Shown here: piece by piece, positions 12,066-24,700 of the stretch
How the letters are laid out: every line of letters begins with the position of its first letter
Position numbering within the stretch: the stretch's first letter is position 1
Source of the DNA: Octopus vulgaris
Lineage: Eukaryota
NCBI GenBank assembly: GCA_951406725.2
Contig: OX597815.1
Span: 146,568,001-146,632,000 of the forward strand
Reading direction: 5' to 3'
Length of the DNA: 64,000 bases
The notes under the pieces: generated by a model
Told to the model about the DNA's origin: nothing
Database searches by the model: none
What the model saw: only the letters and a program-made list of their open reading frames with translations
Made by a program: the position numbers and the translations under genes

Positions 12066-12227
12066 ATCAGAATGAATATTTAACATTCTACTATTTCATT
12101 TTATTTTATTCAATTATAATATATTATCTTATAATATATCATTATAAGATTGTAAATAAAACGTGAAAATCAGACAAGGTTGGAATTCTTTTTATTAATA
12201 TATTCTTCTATACACAATCACACACAC

Positions 12228-12295
<68 letters not shown>

Positions 12296-12704
12296 GTGTG
12301 TAGGTGTGTATATGTACGCACACTCACACACACACATATATAGGTACAAGGGAAAACAATTCACGAGAAAAATTATTGCTCGAAAAATTAATCTGCCAAG
12401 ATATTATTAATTTTGTTATTATCTGGAATGACTATTTTATAAAAATGCTAAAACAGAATCAATAATACGGGCGGTTGCAGGCCCAAGAAAAGCATTAAAC
12501 ATCTGAAGAATTAAAATTAAAATTAATCAAAGGTCATCCTAAGTACATCTACGTGCTGTAAAATGAGTAGCATATACGAGAGTGTAATACAGTACGAAAC
12601 ATATGTTCAGTCTTACTTTGGCGATCAAAGAGTTTTGACAGTTATTTCCAGCAGGTACACATACTCACTATGTCCTTTGGTTAATTTTGATTTTAATCTT
12701 TCAG

Positions 12705-12780
<76 letters not shown>

Positions 12781-13002
12781 ACACATTTAACTATAAGTAA
12801 GGGCAAAAAGAAAAAATATCTTTGACAATATGATGAAAAATAGACGCTAAATTGTTTAACCGCATAAAATATTTTCACTTATATTGTTACACCTCGTGTC
12901 AAAGCGAGGAAAGTAAGTTAACAGAACATTTCAACAAGTCGTTTAATAATATAAATGAAAATATTTTATGTTATTAGACGATTTAGCATCTACTTTTCAG
13001 CA

Positions 13003-13265
13003 TATGAAGCCATATTTCCCGAAACTATATACTTGTGTTAACCGGATAAAATAGATGTTTACTCCAAGTGATTGTAACACACCTCAGCAGGAAGCAGTTT
13101 TCCCAATCACGCGTTCTCACCGGCGCACATCATAAGCCCTGCTGCAAAACGATCGTACTGGCAGAGATTTAGTTTTGTTTTCCCATATGCTGGCCACTAA
13201 TAAAATATTCTAATAAAATGTTATCCTCATATTAGAAGTATATACGTAGATACATAGATACATAC

Positions 13266-13354
<89 letters not shown>

Positions 13355-14257
13355 CATACATACACTGGATATGTACGATCGTTTTGCAGCAGGGCTTATG
13401 GATGTGCGCCGGTGAGAACGCGTGATTGGTTAAACCGCTTCCCGCTGAGGTATATTACAATCACTTGGAGTAAACATCTATTTTATCTGGTTAACACTGT
13501 TTGCGTGGTGTATGTATATATGCGTGTATATGTATATTAATTCATAATCCTTTACCCCTTTACTTAAGCTAACGTAAGTATAGAGTTTCGGGAAATATAG
13601 TTTCATAAAATAAATAGCAAACCAAAATATAATAAACCTAGTTATAACGTTCGTCAAATTGCTTGATTTTGTTCATTCAAATATCTGTAACTAGTAAATC
13701 TTGATAATGTGCTGCTTCGTTTATTTGCTTTTTTCTCTGAAAGGAGATATCAGTGTCTCTGCTGCGAAGACTGAAAGACAAAACTTTTAAAGTAATTTCG
13801 AGTAAATTTGATAGGTAGGCAGGATTGAGAGCGAGAGATGAAGAGCAATTGGTGTCTTATCTAGAAATTTGTTTCGAGGAAATCAGTATCAAATATAATA
13901 AAAATGTGGGTAAACATTGAACGAAAACAATAAAAGAAAGAGAGGGAAATATATATCTATAGATTACGAACGAGAAGAAATAGCTATGTATGCGAGTAAA
14001 TCAATGACAATAATAGGTGGAAGACTAAAAATGGATGGCTATACATTTTTAATAGTAACTAGGTTTCTTATATTTTGGTTTGCGATTTATTTTATGAAAC
14101 CATATTTTCCGAAACTATATACTTGCGTTAGCTTAAATAAAGGGGTAAAGGATTATAAATTAATATATATATACACGCATATATATACACCACACAAACA
14201 GTTTTGACCGGATAAAATAGATGTTTACTCCAAGTGACCTGTAACATACCTCTGCAG
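13003..14257. repeat. Three related segments in +/-/+ orientation (13003-13158, 13373-13644, 14056-14257)
   Basis: Shared ccggataaaatagatgtttactccaagtga..gtaa.a.acctc and ccatattt.ccgaaactatatacttg; the middle copy is reverse-complemented. Confidence 0.85.
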
Positions 14258-15023
14258 ACAAATGTGAGTATACAAAATAGTTGTATGTTCTATAGCCATT
14301 AGGCAAAGTAAACATGAGCCATAGAGATGTTGCTACAATTCGAAAATGAAGAGCGTATTCAACGTGAAGTACGTAGAATTAGTGAAAAATGTCAAGAAAA
14401 CCACAAGAAGAAGTGTGAGTTTAAGACGTGAAAGAAGACATGGAATAAACAACAAAAATGAATGAAGACTTGATGGTGAGAAAAAGACTGGCTAACAGGT
14501 GACAAAATATTTTTAATAGATATTACATGAGCAGACAGACAGGCACAGACACGGACACAACACATATGCACAGAAACACAAACACAAAAGCACCGTGTCC
14601 AAGTGTTTTCTAATATATATATAGCGCGCCAACCAAGATATATATATATATATCTTGTGTGTGTGTGTGTACAAATATATGATGGAATGAAATTCTGAAA
14701 AAGAAAGAATCACCAAAAGAATGATATATTTACAAAAAAAAATCCTATTACTTGATGAATTACAGTTATCTGGATGGCCATAAGGCTTAAGTTGATAAGA
14801 AGAAACACATATTACATTATGATTCCTGCTATCCACAAACTCGTAGTGCGATTGAGATTATATATTGAAGAAAGAATGAAGGGAAAAGCACCGAAGAATA
14901 AACGTATATCATAGATTATAATCTATAAAGCAAAAAATATTTTATTCTTTAAATTGACATCGTTTTTGGATATGTATACGTGTACGTATTTATTGTTATT
15001 ATCATTATCATTATTAACAAGAA

Positions 15024-15033
<10 letters not shown>

Positions 15034-15117
<84 letters not shown>
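15034..15117. repeat. (ATT)n(AAT)n self-complementary microsatellite
   Basis: 42-bp arms meeting at 15075/15076 with no spacer. Confidence 0.9.
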
Positions 15118-15118
<1 letters not shown>

Positions 15119-16238
15119 TATATGTATATGTATGAGCGCATACATATGCATACATAAATATACATAAACATACATATCGACTATCTGTTGCTTGATAATT
15201 TCTAGTTTCCGACTTGCCCATTTTCACCATATAACAAATATTTCTTATCCGTGCAGAAATCATTCGAGTTGATGAGAACGACCGAAATTTGATTTTGCTA
15301 TGTTACTTTCTCTTCCCCGTGAGTGCTTTAACTATTCATGTGAACAAAATTGAAAATAAATAGGAATGTACCAAAGCAAATTACATGAATGCAATGCTCT
15401 AGCATGACCTTAGCTACGCTATCTAAAACAAAAGCAAATTACTAAAGGACCATTTAGTTTAATTCTGCTCCAAGCAAAATTGTAACTGAGTACAAACTAT
15501 TCTGAAATGAATCCTGTCATTCTGTGTATAACAATATTAGTTTTTGCAACACTGTCTTTCTGTATACTGCAATGCATTCACCAAAGTAGTTTTATCCTAG
15601 AAAATTACTACTTCTAAATCTCACAACGTGAGATATTCAGCAAAGATTGTTTGCCAGCGTAACATAGCGGTCGTTATTATTATTTTTTTTTTAGCTGAGT
15701 GGGGGTGCTAGATTTCCTTGTTCGAAAATATAAGGACACAGATCGTGTCGTATAGTTAGCTGGAGACGATGTCTCCTGGGGCTAAATTACAGCAACATTC
15801 GTCCTAAGCCAGGACTGTAATGTTTTGTTGGCAAACAATCTTTACTAGTTTTATCGTGTAGATTATGATTATTAGGTAATTCAACTGATAAGCTAAGCAA
15901 GGCTGCCACCTACAATGAGCTGATTTTGTTTCATGTAATTATCATGTTTCGTCTTAGGGATTAAAATATATACTAATACTGTAAGTTATTCAGAATTTGA
16001 TCTATTTTTCAGTTTCAACACTTTATATATATATTATGTTGTCTAGTAACGATATCATGTTCTCCTAAAAGCGAAAAGCAGGGTTATAAATATTAATGAA
16101 AAATGAAGATACGGTGGTCTAAACAAGTCGAGCATGCTAAAATATTGTCTGAGAGAGGTGGAAAGTTGTATACAGTGGTTTAAATGATTGTACTGAGTAC
16201 GAAAAATAGTGCCTGGTGTTTAAAACGTTGATGTTTAA

Positions 16239-16430
16239 CCCTTTAACATATAACTATTCTACCTGTTTTATGTTCAAACCGGCCAGATTTGAACGTATGA
16301 ACTATGTCGATTACCCTATAATGGTATTCTAATAATTAGCCATCATGAAAAGCTTAGAGCTGCGAGATAATGTATGATTAATTCAAAACTATGAGTAAAT
16401 AAGGATTATATCTGACAGAATGCTAAAAGA
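16239..16430. mobile_element. piggyBac-like MITE, degraded
   Basis: TTAA|ccctttaacat ... atgctaaaaga|TTAA: imperfect TIRs with TTAA on both sides. Confidence 0.5.
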
Positions 16431-17104
16431 TTAAATGAAAGTCCAAAGGTCACACGGTTTTCGTTTAATAATGAATGCTAACTCAGACCTGACTGAATAC
16501 TTTCAAGAATTTTCCTTGCAGGCATGTGTGCCAATTTTAGGTCGTAAACTTCAAATCTTCTGTAGAATCGTATACTTTCAACCATTTTGTGTGCGACGGG
16601 GTAGATGGAAATTGTAATGAACTCTACGAAGAACTGTATCTATGATACAAAGAATCGATTTTGTCAGACCTTGTTTAACTGGGGTTGGTATTTAGAAATT
16701 CCTCGGTCTGTGGAATTTGCAACGATCTCCACTATACTAGATGAATAGTCAACCAGTTTAACCAATGTTGAGAGCGAGTCGGTAAATATATTATATCAGA
16801 TACTATTTTAGCTTTAAAAGGGAAGTTATAAGTGAAATTAACTAAATATTTAAATGTAAATTTTTATATATAAAAACTGAAAGAAACATTTGTTCGGTGA
16901 TTGTCACAACAACAATAAAGGTTGAATATTCACGAAGACATTATACACATGGGTGTAGGTGAAAACAAGAACGTACACTATGTCGTATGTAGTGTTTAGA
17001 GAATAGTTGTACCGGGATAGTAAATATAAAGACAGATGCAAATGAAAAAACGTATAATTTCGAAAATGTATAAAGCACAGATATAAACACATGAACGAGA
17101 GCAG

Positions 17105-17192
<88 letters not shown>

Positions 17193-18063
17193 GCAGACAC
17201 ATACATATATGCACACAGGCACACAAACAGATTCAAACAAACATGTGCATGCATATCTACAAACCTACATCCACATCTCCCCGTGCAACTCAATTTGAAT
17301 CTGTGTTTGTGGATTTACGTACGTGTGAGAGCGAATATATTTTTATTCATTCAACTTTTGTAGATAAAGTAAACAAATTATATCATGTGCATAATAAACG
17401 CTTTGCCATGTATTCCTATTCACAGGATCTAATAATATAATAATATAGAAGTAGCAGCAAAACTTTGGTACATATTACAGACATTATCCGTGTTTTCAAT
17501 GTCAGTGAGAACGGATAATTTTAAGGTTATCTTTAGCAAGAAAAAAAAAGCCGTATATATTCCTGAATACAGAATGCAAGGAAACTGATGATGTGTTGCC
17601 CTCTTTTGAAGCGAAGAGTGATAATTGGCAATGCACATTAGTGAATTGAAGCTAGACCGATCCACGGGAAGTATAAAATACACAGTCACACATAATCCTA
17701 AATGTCACCATAATGGTGACCTAGCGCTATTTTTGAAGGATGTAATGTTTTTAAGATAAAATCTAAAAACAATAACGCTTGCATTAGTGTGTATACACAT
17801 ACATACACACACGTACTCTCATACATGATGATACAGGCACACATACACACGCACACAAACATGTAGACACAAAGACTCAGACACACTAACACAGACACAA
17901 ACACACAAACACATATATATATAATTGAAATGCTTTTACAAAAATTCACAATAGGCTCCCAATACGTGAAGAGTATCTTAAAATTGCCAATTATTTAAAG
18001 ATAACCTTAAGCAAAAAGCCAAATTGACACAGACGTTATGGAAGTAAATTTTCGTGCAACAAA

Positions 18064-18101
18064 GAGCAATACTGTCTTATATATATAAGACAGTATTGCT
18101 C
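18064..18101. repeat. Perfect 38-bp palindrome
   Basis: gagcaatactgtcttatat|atataagacagtattgctc. Confidence 0.95.
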
Positions 18102-18210
18102 GAAAGCACTTAAAGCTCCACCAGGTTCCGGCAGGGCGTAGATATGTATGTGTATATGTATGTATATATACATATGTGCGTATATTTATATATATGTATA
18201 TATATATATG

Positions 18211-18297
<87 letters not shown>

Positions 18298-18338
18298 TTA
18301 GATATACAAACACAGATATAAATATATATAAATACATA

Positions 18339-18569
18339 CATGACTTTGAGACTCAGTCTCAACTCATGGCTCGCCACTTCATCCTACGTGGATATCCTAT
18401 CACCACTATCCGCACTGCTCTTGCAAGAGTACGTCCGTGCACAGTGCATCTGCTGTCTCCTTCGAACCCGCCCCGCCGCCTCCCGCCTCCCATTCCCCTC
18501 ACCTACTACCCCACCACCCTATCTCTCCGACGCACCATTCTCCGAGCCGTCCGGCGACTCCAGTTCGAC
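18339..18569 (+). pseudogene. PLE internal fragment (RT thumb/linker), GC-rich, probably family B
   Basis: [32 protein letters not shown]...[17 protein letters not shown] parallels LREFLLKQKYPSLLIENGIQRA...IPFIVTHNP in the main PLE. Adjacent to (TA)n. Confidence 0.75.
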
Positions 18570-18992
18570 CACGTATACACAAACCAGAAATGCAGATGAA
18601 GAAAAAGGAGGACGGGAAGAAAGCAAAAGAATAAAAAAAGTTCAATAAATAACAAACATAAGATATGTAGCTTAATAGATGCTGGTTTCTCCAAAACTGT
18701 ACGTCTGTTAATCGCTAATGTTTTCTATAAAGTCATTGATGTAGCTGACTGCACAATTCAGTGCCTACAATGAATTTGATATTGCTGTGTTATCTTGAGT
18801 TAATTGCCAAAAACATTTCGCCAACAACTGATGTCATAAGGAACTGTTTAAAAAAAATATGTATCACTCTCCTGCCTCTCGCAAACAAAGTAAAAAGGTC
18901 CATTTCCGTAGTATACTGCAATCTGATAACCGATAACCGGGGACGGGCTTAATTAGACAATTAAACAAACTCCAAGGACTTGGTATATGTAT

Positions 18993-19060
<68 letters not shown>

Positions 19061-19199
19061 GCGTATGGAGGCGTGCATGTATATACGCAAAACCTGCAAA
19101 AACTAACCAATAATTTTCTCATTCGTACTGTATTATACTTCTGAATTTACATCAGACCTGTCATGTCATCCTCCCACGTTCGTCTATCTATGTGTCCAT

Positions 19200-19214
19200 C
19201 TATCTATGTATCTG

Positions 19215-19296
<82 letters not shown>

Positions 19297-19312
19297 CATC
19301 TATCTATCTATC
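19200..19312. repeat. (TATC)n tetranucleotide microsatellite
   Basis: Directly visible. Confidence 0.95.
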
Positions 19313-20625
19313 TTTCAGTCTGCTTTGTCTCTGCCCCTCTCTTTCGCTATCTATCTATCTATATATATATGAGTACACATAAATAAAAGTATGCATGTGT
19401 GAGTGTGTGCATATGCGACCCAATTTATAAAGACCCAGTGAACTTTGAACAAACGGAAGACTGCAATTACTCTCTGCAATTCGAGCCTGTAGGTCATTGT
19501 TCACAGTGAGAACCGAGAATATTTTATAAGATTAATATTAAGGTTTCCGGTCTTTTCGCCGAAACGTTTATTTCTCTTATTATTCTTTTTAATAATAAAT
19601 TTAACTATTTCTCACTTTCTTTTACTTATTCAATTTGATTTTTTATTGTTTTTCCCCTGTGGCCTGCAGGCATTTAATCGTACACTAATATAAATACAGA
19701 AACTCTAACATGTGGTTCCATCCGTATATATATCGTATCTCTAATACTCCGATATATGATTTTATCACGCTGAATTGTAGATCTAATAAATATTATTTTC
19801 CATATGTAAGTGCTATTCATATCTATAAATGCACATAAAGTATATTCGTATCTACGTTTATCTATACACACACACACACACACCACACACAAACACACGA
19901 ACACATACACACACATTGTATATTTGTGTGTGTAGTTGGTGTATGTGCGTGTAGGAACATAGCTGTCGGTTTGTCACCAATGAATACGAGCACGTAGTTG
20001 CAACGACCGAAAGAGATATAAAATTAGATAGAAATGTTGACAGGTGAAATATAGTTTCACGATTGATAGGAATTGGGACCCAAGGATTTGCCTAATGATA
20101 CATCAGCTGCTAGTGAAAAGTCCTAAAACATATTTCTAAATAAGCAACAACGAGTTGCCACCCAAATAGACGGAATAGTAAAACTTCAGAAGATTCACGT
20201 TGGAGCTCTTTCACAAATTATAGGAAACTGAGACGAGCTTTTGTCATCAGTCTTTAGTTTCCAACTTGGAATGTTTTTCACAAATGTTGAACAGGAACTT
20301 AGACTGCAAAAGTTATTTAGAAAAGGCAATTCTGAACAGTGTAGTTGGAGAACCACATTAAAATTTCATCAACATTTAAAGAATTATGTTTTTATGATTT
20401 CAGTTTTTATATTTTACTCTGGAAGAATTGATGAATATTCTGACTGATTCGATAAAGTTTATGTAATTAAAAATGCATGTGTTTGGTGCCCTGACGATTC
20501 TGAATATTCACAAACACAAACACATTTGCAAACGCTTACACAAGCATATAATGATATACGTATGGTATGAATGTGATTTTTCTCTGTCACTCCCCCCAGT
20601 CGTACAATATACATGCACACTTTCA

Positions 20626-20661
20626 TATCTATCTATCTATCTCTCTCTCTCTCTCTATCTA

Positions 20662-20724
<63 letters not shown>

Positions 20725-20763
20725 TTATCCGTCTGTCTATCTGTCTATCTATCTGCCTGTCTG

Positions 20764-20825
<62 letters not shown>

Positions 20826-20928
20826 CGTCTGTCTATCTGTCTTTCTAACTATCTATCTGTCTGTCTGTCTTTCTAACTATCTATCTGTCTGTCTTTCTAA
20901 CTATCTATCTGTCTGTCTTTCTGTCTGC

Positions 20929-21009
<81 letters not shown>

Positions 21010-21022
21010 ATCTATCTATCTA
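20626..21022. repeat. Long compound (TATC)/(TGTC)/(TC) microsatellite
   Basis: Directly visible; inflates ORF 20473-21333. Confidence 0.95.
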
Positions 21023-21029
21023 TACATCG

Positions 21030-21305
21030 TAGACGGGGTAGTTATATGTGGTTTTCTGAGAAATTTTACGACAATCTCAATTTTTTAACCTCCAAATTCC
21101 GACAAATGAAATGTCATAGATTTATTTCTGTGTTGGGCTCAGTCAAGAAAGGTACCATCCGTTGTGATTGCAACACGAAGGCGAAACTGTTGGCCAAGAT
21201 AAATAACGTGTTTAAAGATTTTTGCTGTGAACACAGGAACACATGCGTCAGATTTCGGAGTCATTTCAAGCCTTTATTGAAGATGAAGACGATTGCTTTG
21301 AGTAA
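21030..21305 (+). pseudogene. Tc1/mariner (maT-like) transposase C-terminal relic
   Basis: WFSEKFYD...[18 protein letters not shown]...[10 protein letters not shown] parallels DNFCDH...CNTK..AKIMAA..NF...RRFPSRL at 28630-28870; frameshifted. Confidence 0.6.
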
Positions 21306-21448
21306 ACTTATCTCTCATCCGCTATCTAGTTGATATTTGATTTGTTTGAATATTTTTATTCGGATATTTTGTTTGCGTTAATTAAACCATACGCACACAC
21401 ACATATAGACAGATATATATATATATATATATGACATAAATATAATAC

Positions 21449-21731
21449 GAATGATCACTAGGCGGACTCCTAAGATACTAAATGTAGACCTCCACATGGT
21501 CTGACCCCTAAGAAAAGTTGTTCTCAAGAAAATTCGGCTAACGCGAGAACGTAAAGCGAGCAAGACAAATGAAAAGTTACAAAATGTAATGATTAGTCTT
21601 GAATCGTTTCATTTGTCTCGCTCGCTTTACGTTCTGGTGTTTGCGGAATTTTCTTGAGAACAATTGTTCTTAGAGGTCAGACCATATGGGGTCTACATTT
21701 AGCATATTAGGAGTTCACCTAGGGGTCATTC
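21449..21731. repeat. Foldback (MITE-like) inverted repeat, ~125-bp arms and ~30-bp spacer
   Basis: 21449-21574 vs 21607-21731, e.g. agaacgtaaagcgagcaagacaaatgaaa / tttcatttgtctcgctcgctttacgttct; roughly 85% identical by eye; TA-rich flanks. Confidence 0.88.
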
Positions 21732-22249
21732 CTCTTATATATATGTAATATAATTTTCTGAATCTTCAAATTTTTTCAATGTGCTAGGCCACTGGTTTTA
21801 ATTGATATTTATCTAATTAATATCAATATTTACCCGTGTTATTTAAATATAGATAGATAAACTAATAGATGTAGCTAGTTATAGTCATGTACATCTATGG
21901 CCACACACATGAATACATACCTATGTTAAGTCTCTGTGGAAAAATATTCTGTATTTATGTTTGTCTTTATTTGGTTGCGTGCTTAGAAGTATATTTATAT
22001 ATATGTTTTGCACTCCCTGATGTTAAATAATGTTAATGTTGATCCTTGTTTCGTCTTCCAGATTCTCTTTACTGATATTCACATATTCGTGCTTGGCTGT
22101 ATTCGAGGCCTTGTACGTATTGTTTTACATATCACAAACAGAAAACATTAACGGAAGGAAGTCTAAAACAGTTCTCTGTGTAAAATGTTTATTTTTTGTT
22201 CTATTTTCTACGTCCTTTTTTTCTTTCTTAATCTCACCCTCCTCTCTCT

Positions 22250-22288
<39 letters not shown>

Positions 22289-23347
22289 CGTTAAGTGTTT
22301 TTTGGCAGAAATAGGTTACCATTTGAAAATGTAAGCTTAGCATCGTTTATGTAAACTTTGAGGAATCATTGAATCCTTCAGCATGTCTGTATATATTTCA
22401 CTGTAAACACTTTTTTCATAGAAATAAATCTAAAGATCTGGCAAATTTCTTCGTATGCAATTGAAATAATGCCAAAATAAATACCAATCTACACACATAC
22501 ATGCATATATACGCGCACACACATGCACGCAATATACGTCATCTACATCGACCAGGATTAATGGCGACTCCGACAGAACAGTGTTTCTGCACACATATCC
22601 TTATATATTGAATGCAAGCATTTAAAACGTAATCAAATGATCCTTCTGGAATGTTTCAACGATTACTTTACTTTTTCTTCATATCCAATTTCCTATAAAT
22701 TATCAAGTTTAGAAATATTATTTACAACAATTTTATACAAATATCTCTTCTCCTGTAAAACATAGTAAAGATAAATTTCAAATGTCTGACGTAATTTACA
22801 GCGTGTTGCACTGCCTTCTTTGTAAATTTTGAGATTGTTATTTCAAATGATGCGATGCTTCCTTTCTTTTTAATCTCGTAAATAAGCGCACACACACGAT
22901 CATACACACCCACAATCACGCACATATATTTAGTTATTTTTTCTTAGTATCACTCACACACACACTCTCTCTATCTCTCTTTTAACATCTCTCTGTCTCC
23001 TTTTGATTTACTGGGTTTGCTTTTCCTTTACGCTCACTCTCTAACTGTTCATCCTTTCTACTACCCCACATATGCTCTCCCTCGCTCCCCCTCTCTCTCT
23101 ATCTCTCTTTCCCTCTCTGTATCTTCAGAAGTTTTCTCACAGGAAGTTTTAAATTGTCTGGGTTGTCAACAAAATAGAAGCGATACCATATTTGCTGGAA
23201 CTACATGTCTTTCGTCCTTGAGACCTGAACTAAAGAGTATTCAAGCCTTATAGAAAGGCACGTCTTTGTAGTGTACCTACTGCTTTATTGCCCAATGCCC
23301 ATTTTATCCTCCTCCTCCTCATGATTATTATCATTAATTATTATTAC

Positions 23348-23700
23348 TGAATGAGAGAGCAGCGTATGCAATCAAAATGACATTTGGGGTATAAATTTTC
23401 GAATCCCAATATACCCATCATGACTACCCGTGTGATAAGGGAACACCAGGCACAGGCATCACAACCATATGTGCGCGACATGGTGATCTCATATCAAGAT
23501 GAATTGCGCATGATTTTGCAAGTTAGATTCTTCAGTCTGAGTAGCCCATCCCACTCGAGAGGTCACTAAATGAGGGTATTTTTTTTAAAAATGAGAAACG
23601 AAACTTCCGTTTCCAGAGGTGAATTATTTAAACACGAAAGAATTCCTCTCAACACATGGCTATGATGCCCCCCTAATAAACCTGCTCGTGATCAGATATG
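23348..23700. repeat. Probable interspersed repeat (possibly a LINE 3' UTR on the - strand) abutting a (TTA)n-like tract
   Basis: Higher GC than the flanks and starts right after an ATT-type tract, like the Dong-like copies. Only one copy in the window, so the class is unverified. Confidence 0.3.
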
Positions 23701-23882
23701 CCAGGTCTCACTTCCTCCGGTTGAATCTCTTAGAGCGGACACCAACCCGTTGTCGGAGGTCTCACAGTGTCTATTTCTTGAAATAATAAACTTAGGTACC
23801 TACATGTTATGTTTTTGTGGAGGACAATCAACACCAAAACATCAATCTCAAATCGTAACTGTTCCTATAAGAGCAATCTTTT

Positions 23883-23920
<38 letters not shown>

Positions 23921-24587
23921 GTCTTTGCACATCTAACGCTGGAGATGTACTACAGTGTCAGCTGTTCACTATTGGTACTACTACTGTTATTATTGGTACT
24001 ACTACCACCTTTTTATGCGACCACAACTGCCTAACCTTCCAAGCTGACCTGTAATATCTATCGAATTTTCTTTCTTCCCGATAGCATACCTTGTTGTCAG
24101 CTGGGAAAGCTACATTTATGATTCAGCATCGTTTCCTTTCTTTCTCAATTAACACTGTCTAGTTTCCTATTCTCTATCTCATGGTCACACTGAGTCATAA
24201 AATCCCAAAGGATCTTTGCATTATCATTTTCGATGATGCCTTCGGGTTTATGTTCGTACAACTTTTTGCTCTCAAGTTCATATTTGTTGCAAAGTGGCCA
24301 ATGGATACTCCTTGCTATATTGTCATGACATCTCTTATATTGTTTCCGGGCTTGTGACGTACATGTCATGCGGTTTCACCATTTTATCTACAAATTCTGC
24401 ACTTATCACTTTCTGATATGCTGTCTATTCTATATTTGACGTAATTGCTTGCTCTTAGGCAGCACAAATTAGAACCTCCATTTCCGATTTTAAATCAATT
24501 TTTGGCATCCATAGCCATCTTTTTCTCTGCCTGCCTGATCTTCAACATCCTTATGAAATTCTCTATGCATTTTCTTTATCCACCTAT
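23921..24587 (-). mobile_element. R4/Dong-like non-LTR retrotransposon 3' fragment (CCHC knuckle + RLE endonuclease), decayed
   Basis: Minus-strand translation WIKKMHREF...RWLWMPKIDLKSEMEVLICAA*EQA...KCRIC..GET..HV...YKRCHDNIARSIHW...YEHKPEGIIENDNAKILWDF..QCDHEIENRKLD. 3' end runs into (TAA)n. Internally deleted relative to the 63199 copy. Confidence 0.85.
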
Positions 24588-24664
24588 TTTCTTCTTCTTC
24601 TTCTTCTTCTTCTTCTTCTTTTTCTTCCTCTTCTTCCCCCTCCTCCTTCTTCTTCTTCTTCTTC

Positions 24665-24700
<36 letters not shown>

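Larger units (their letters stand above)
8202..12197 (+). mobile_element. Penelope-like retroelement (Neptune-type), 5'-truncated, with inverted 3' duplication (inverted pLTR)
   Basis: RT + GIY-YIG ORF on the + strand. 8202-9676 is the reverse complement of 10723-12197 (paired coordinates sum to 20399). Abuts a long (TA)n tract on the left; no clear TSD. Confidence 0.95.

Noticed and set aside
8202-12197. Interpretation as a novel TIR DNA transposon or DIRS-like element carrying an RT
   Set aside because: The arms include coding sequence and break mid-ORF; there is no transposase, tyrosine recombinase or RNase H. The known inverted-pLTR PLE structure fits better.
14290-14495. Possible RTE LINE 3' relic
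   Set aside because: Purine-rich and suggestive, but too decayed to translate convincingly.
19540-19670. ccgaaacgtt followed by an AT-rich tail (PLE/hammerhead-like end)
   Set aside because: No core box or stem II recognisable.
20473-21333. 286-aa ORF
   Set aside because: Chimera of a (TATC)n tract and a frameshifted mariner relic.
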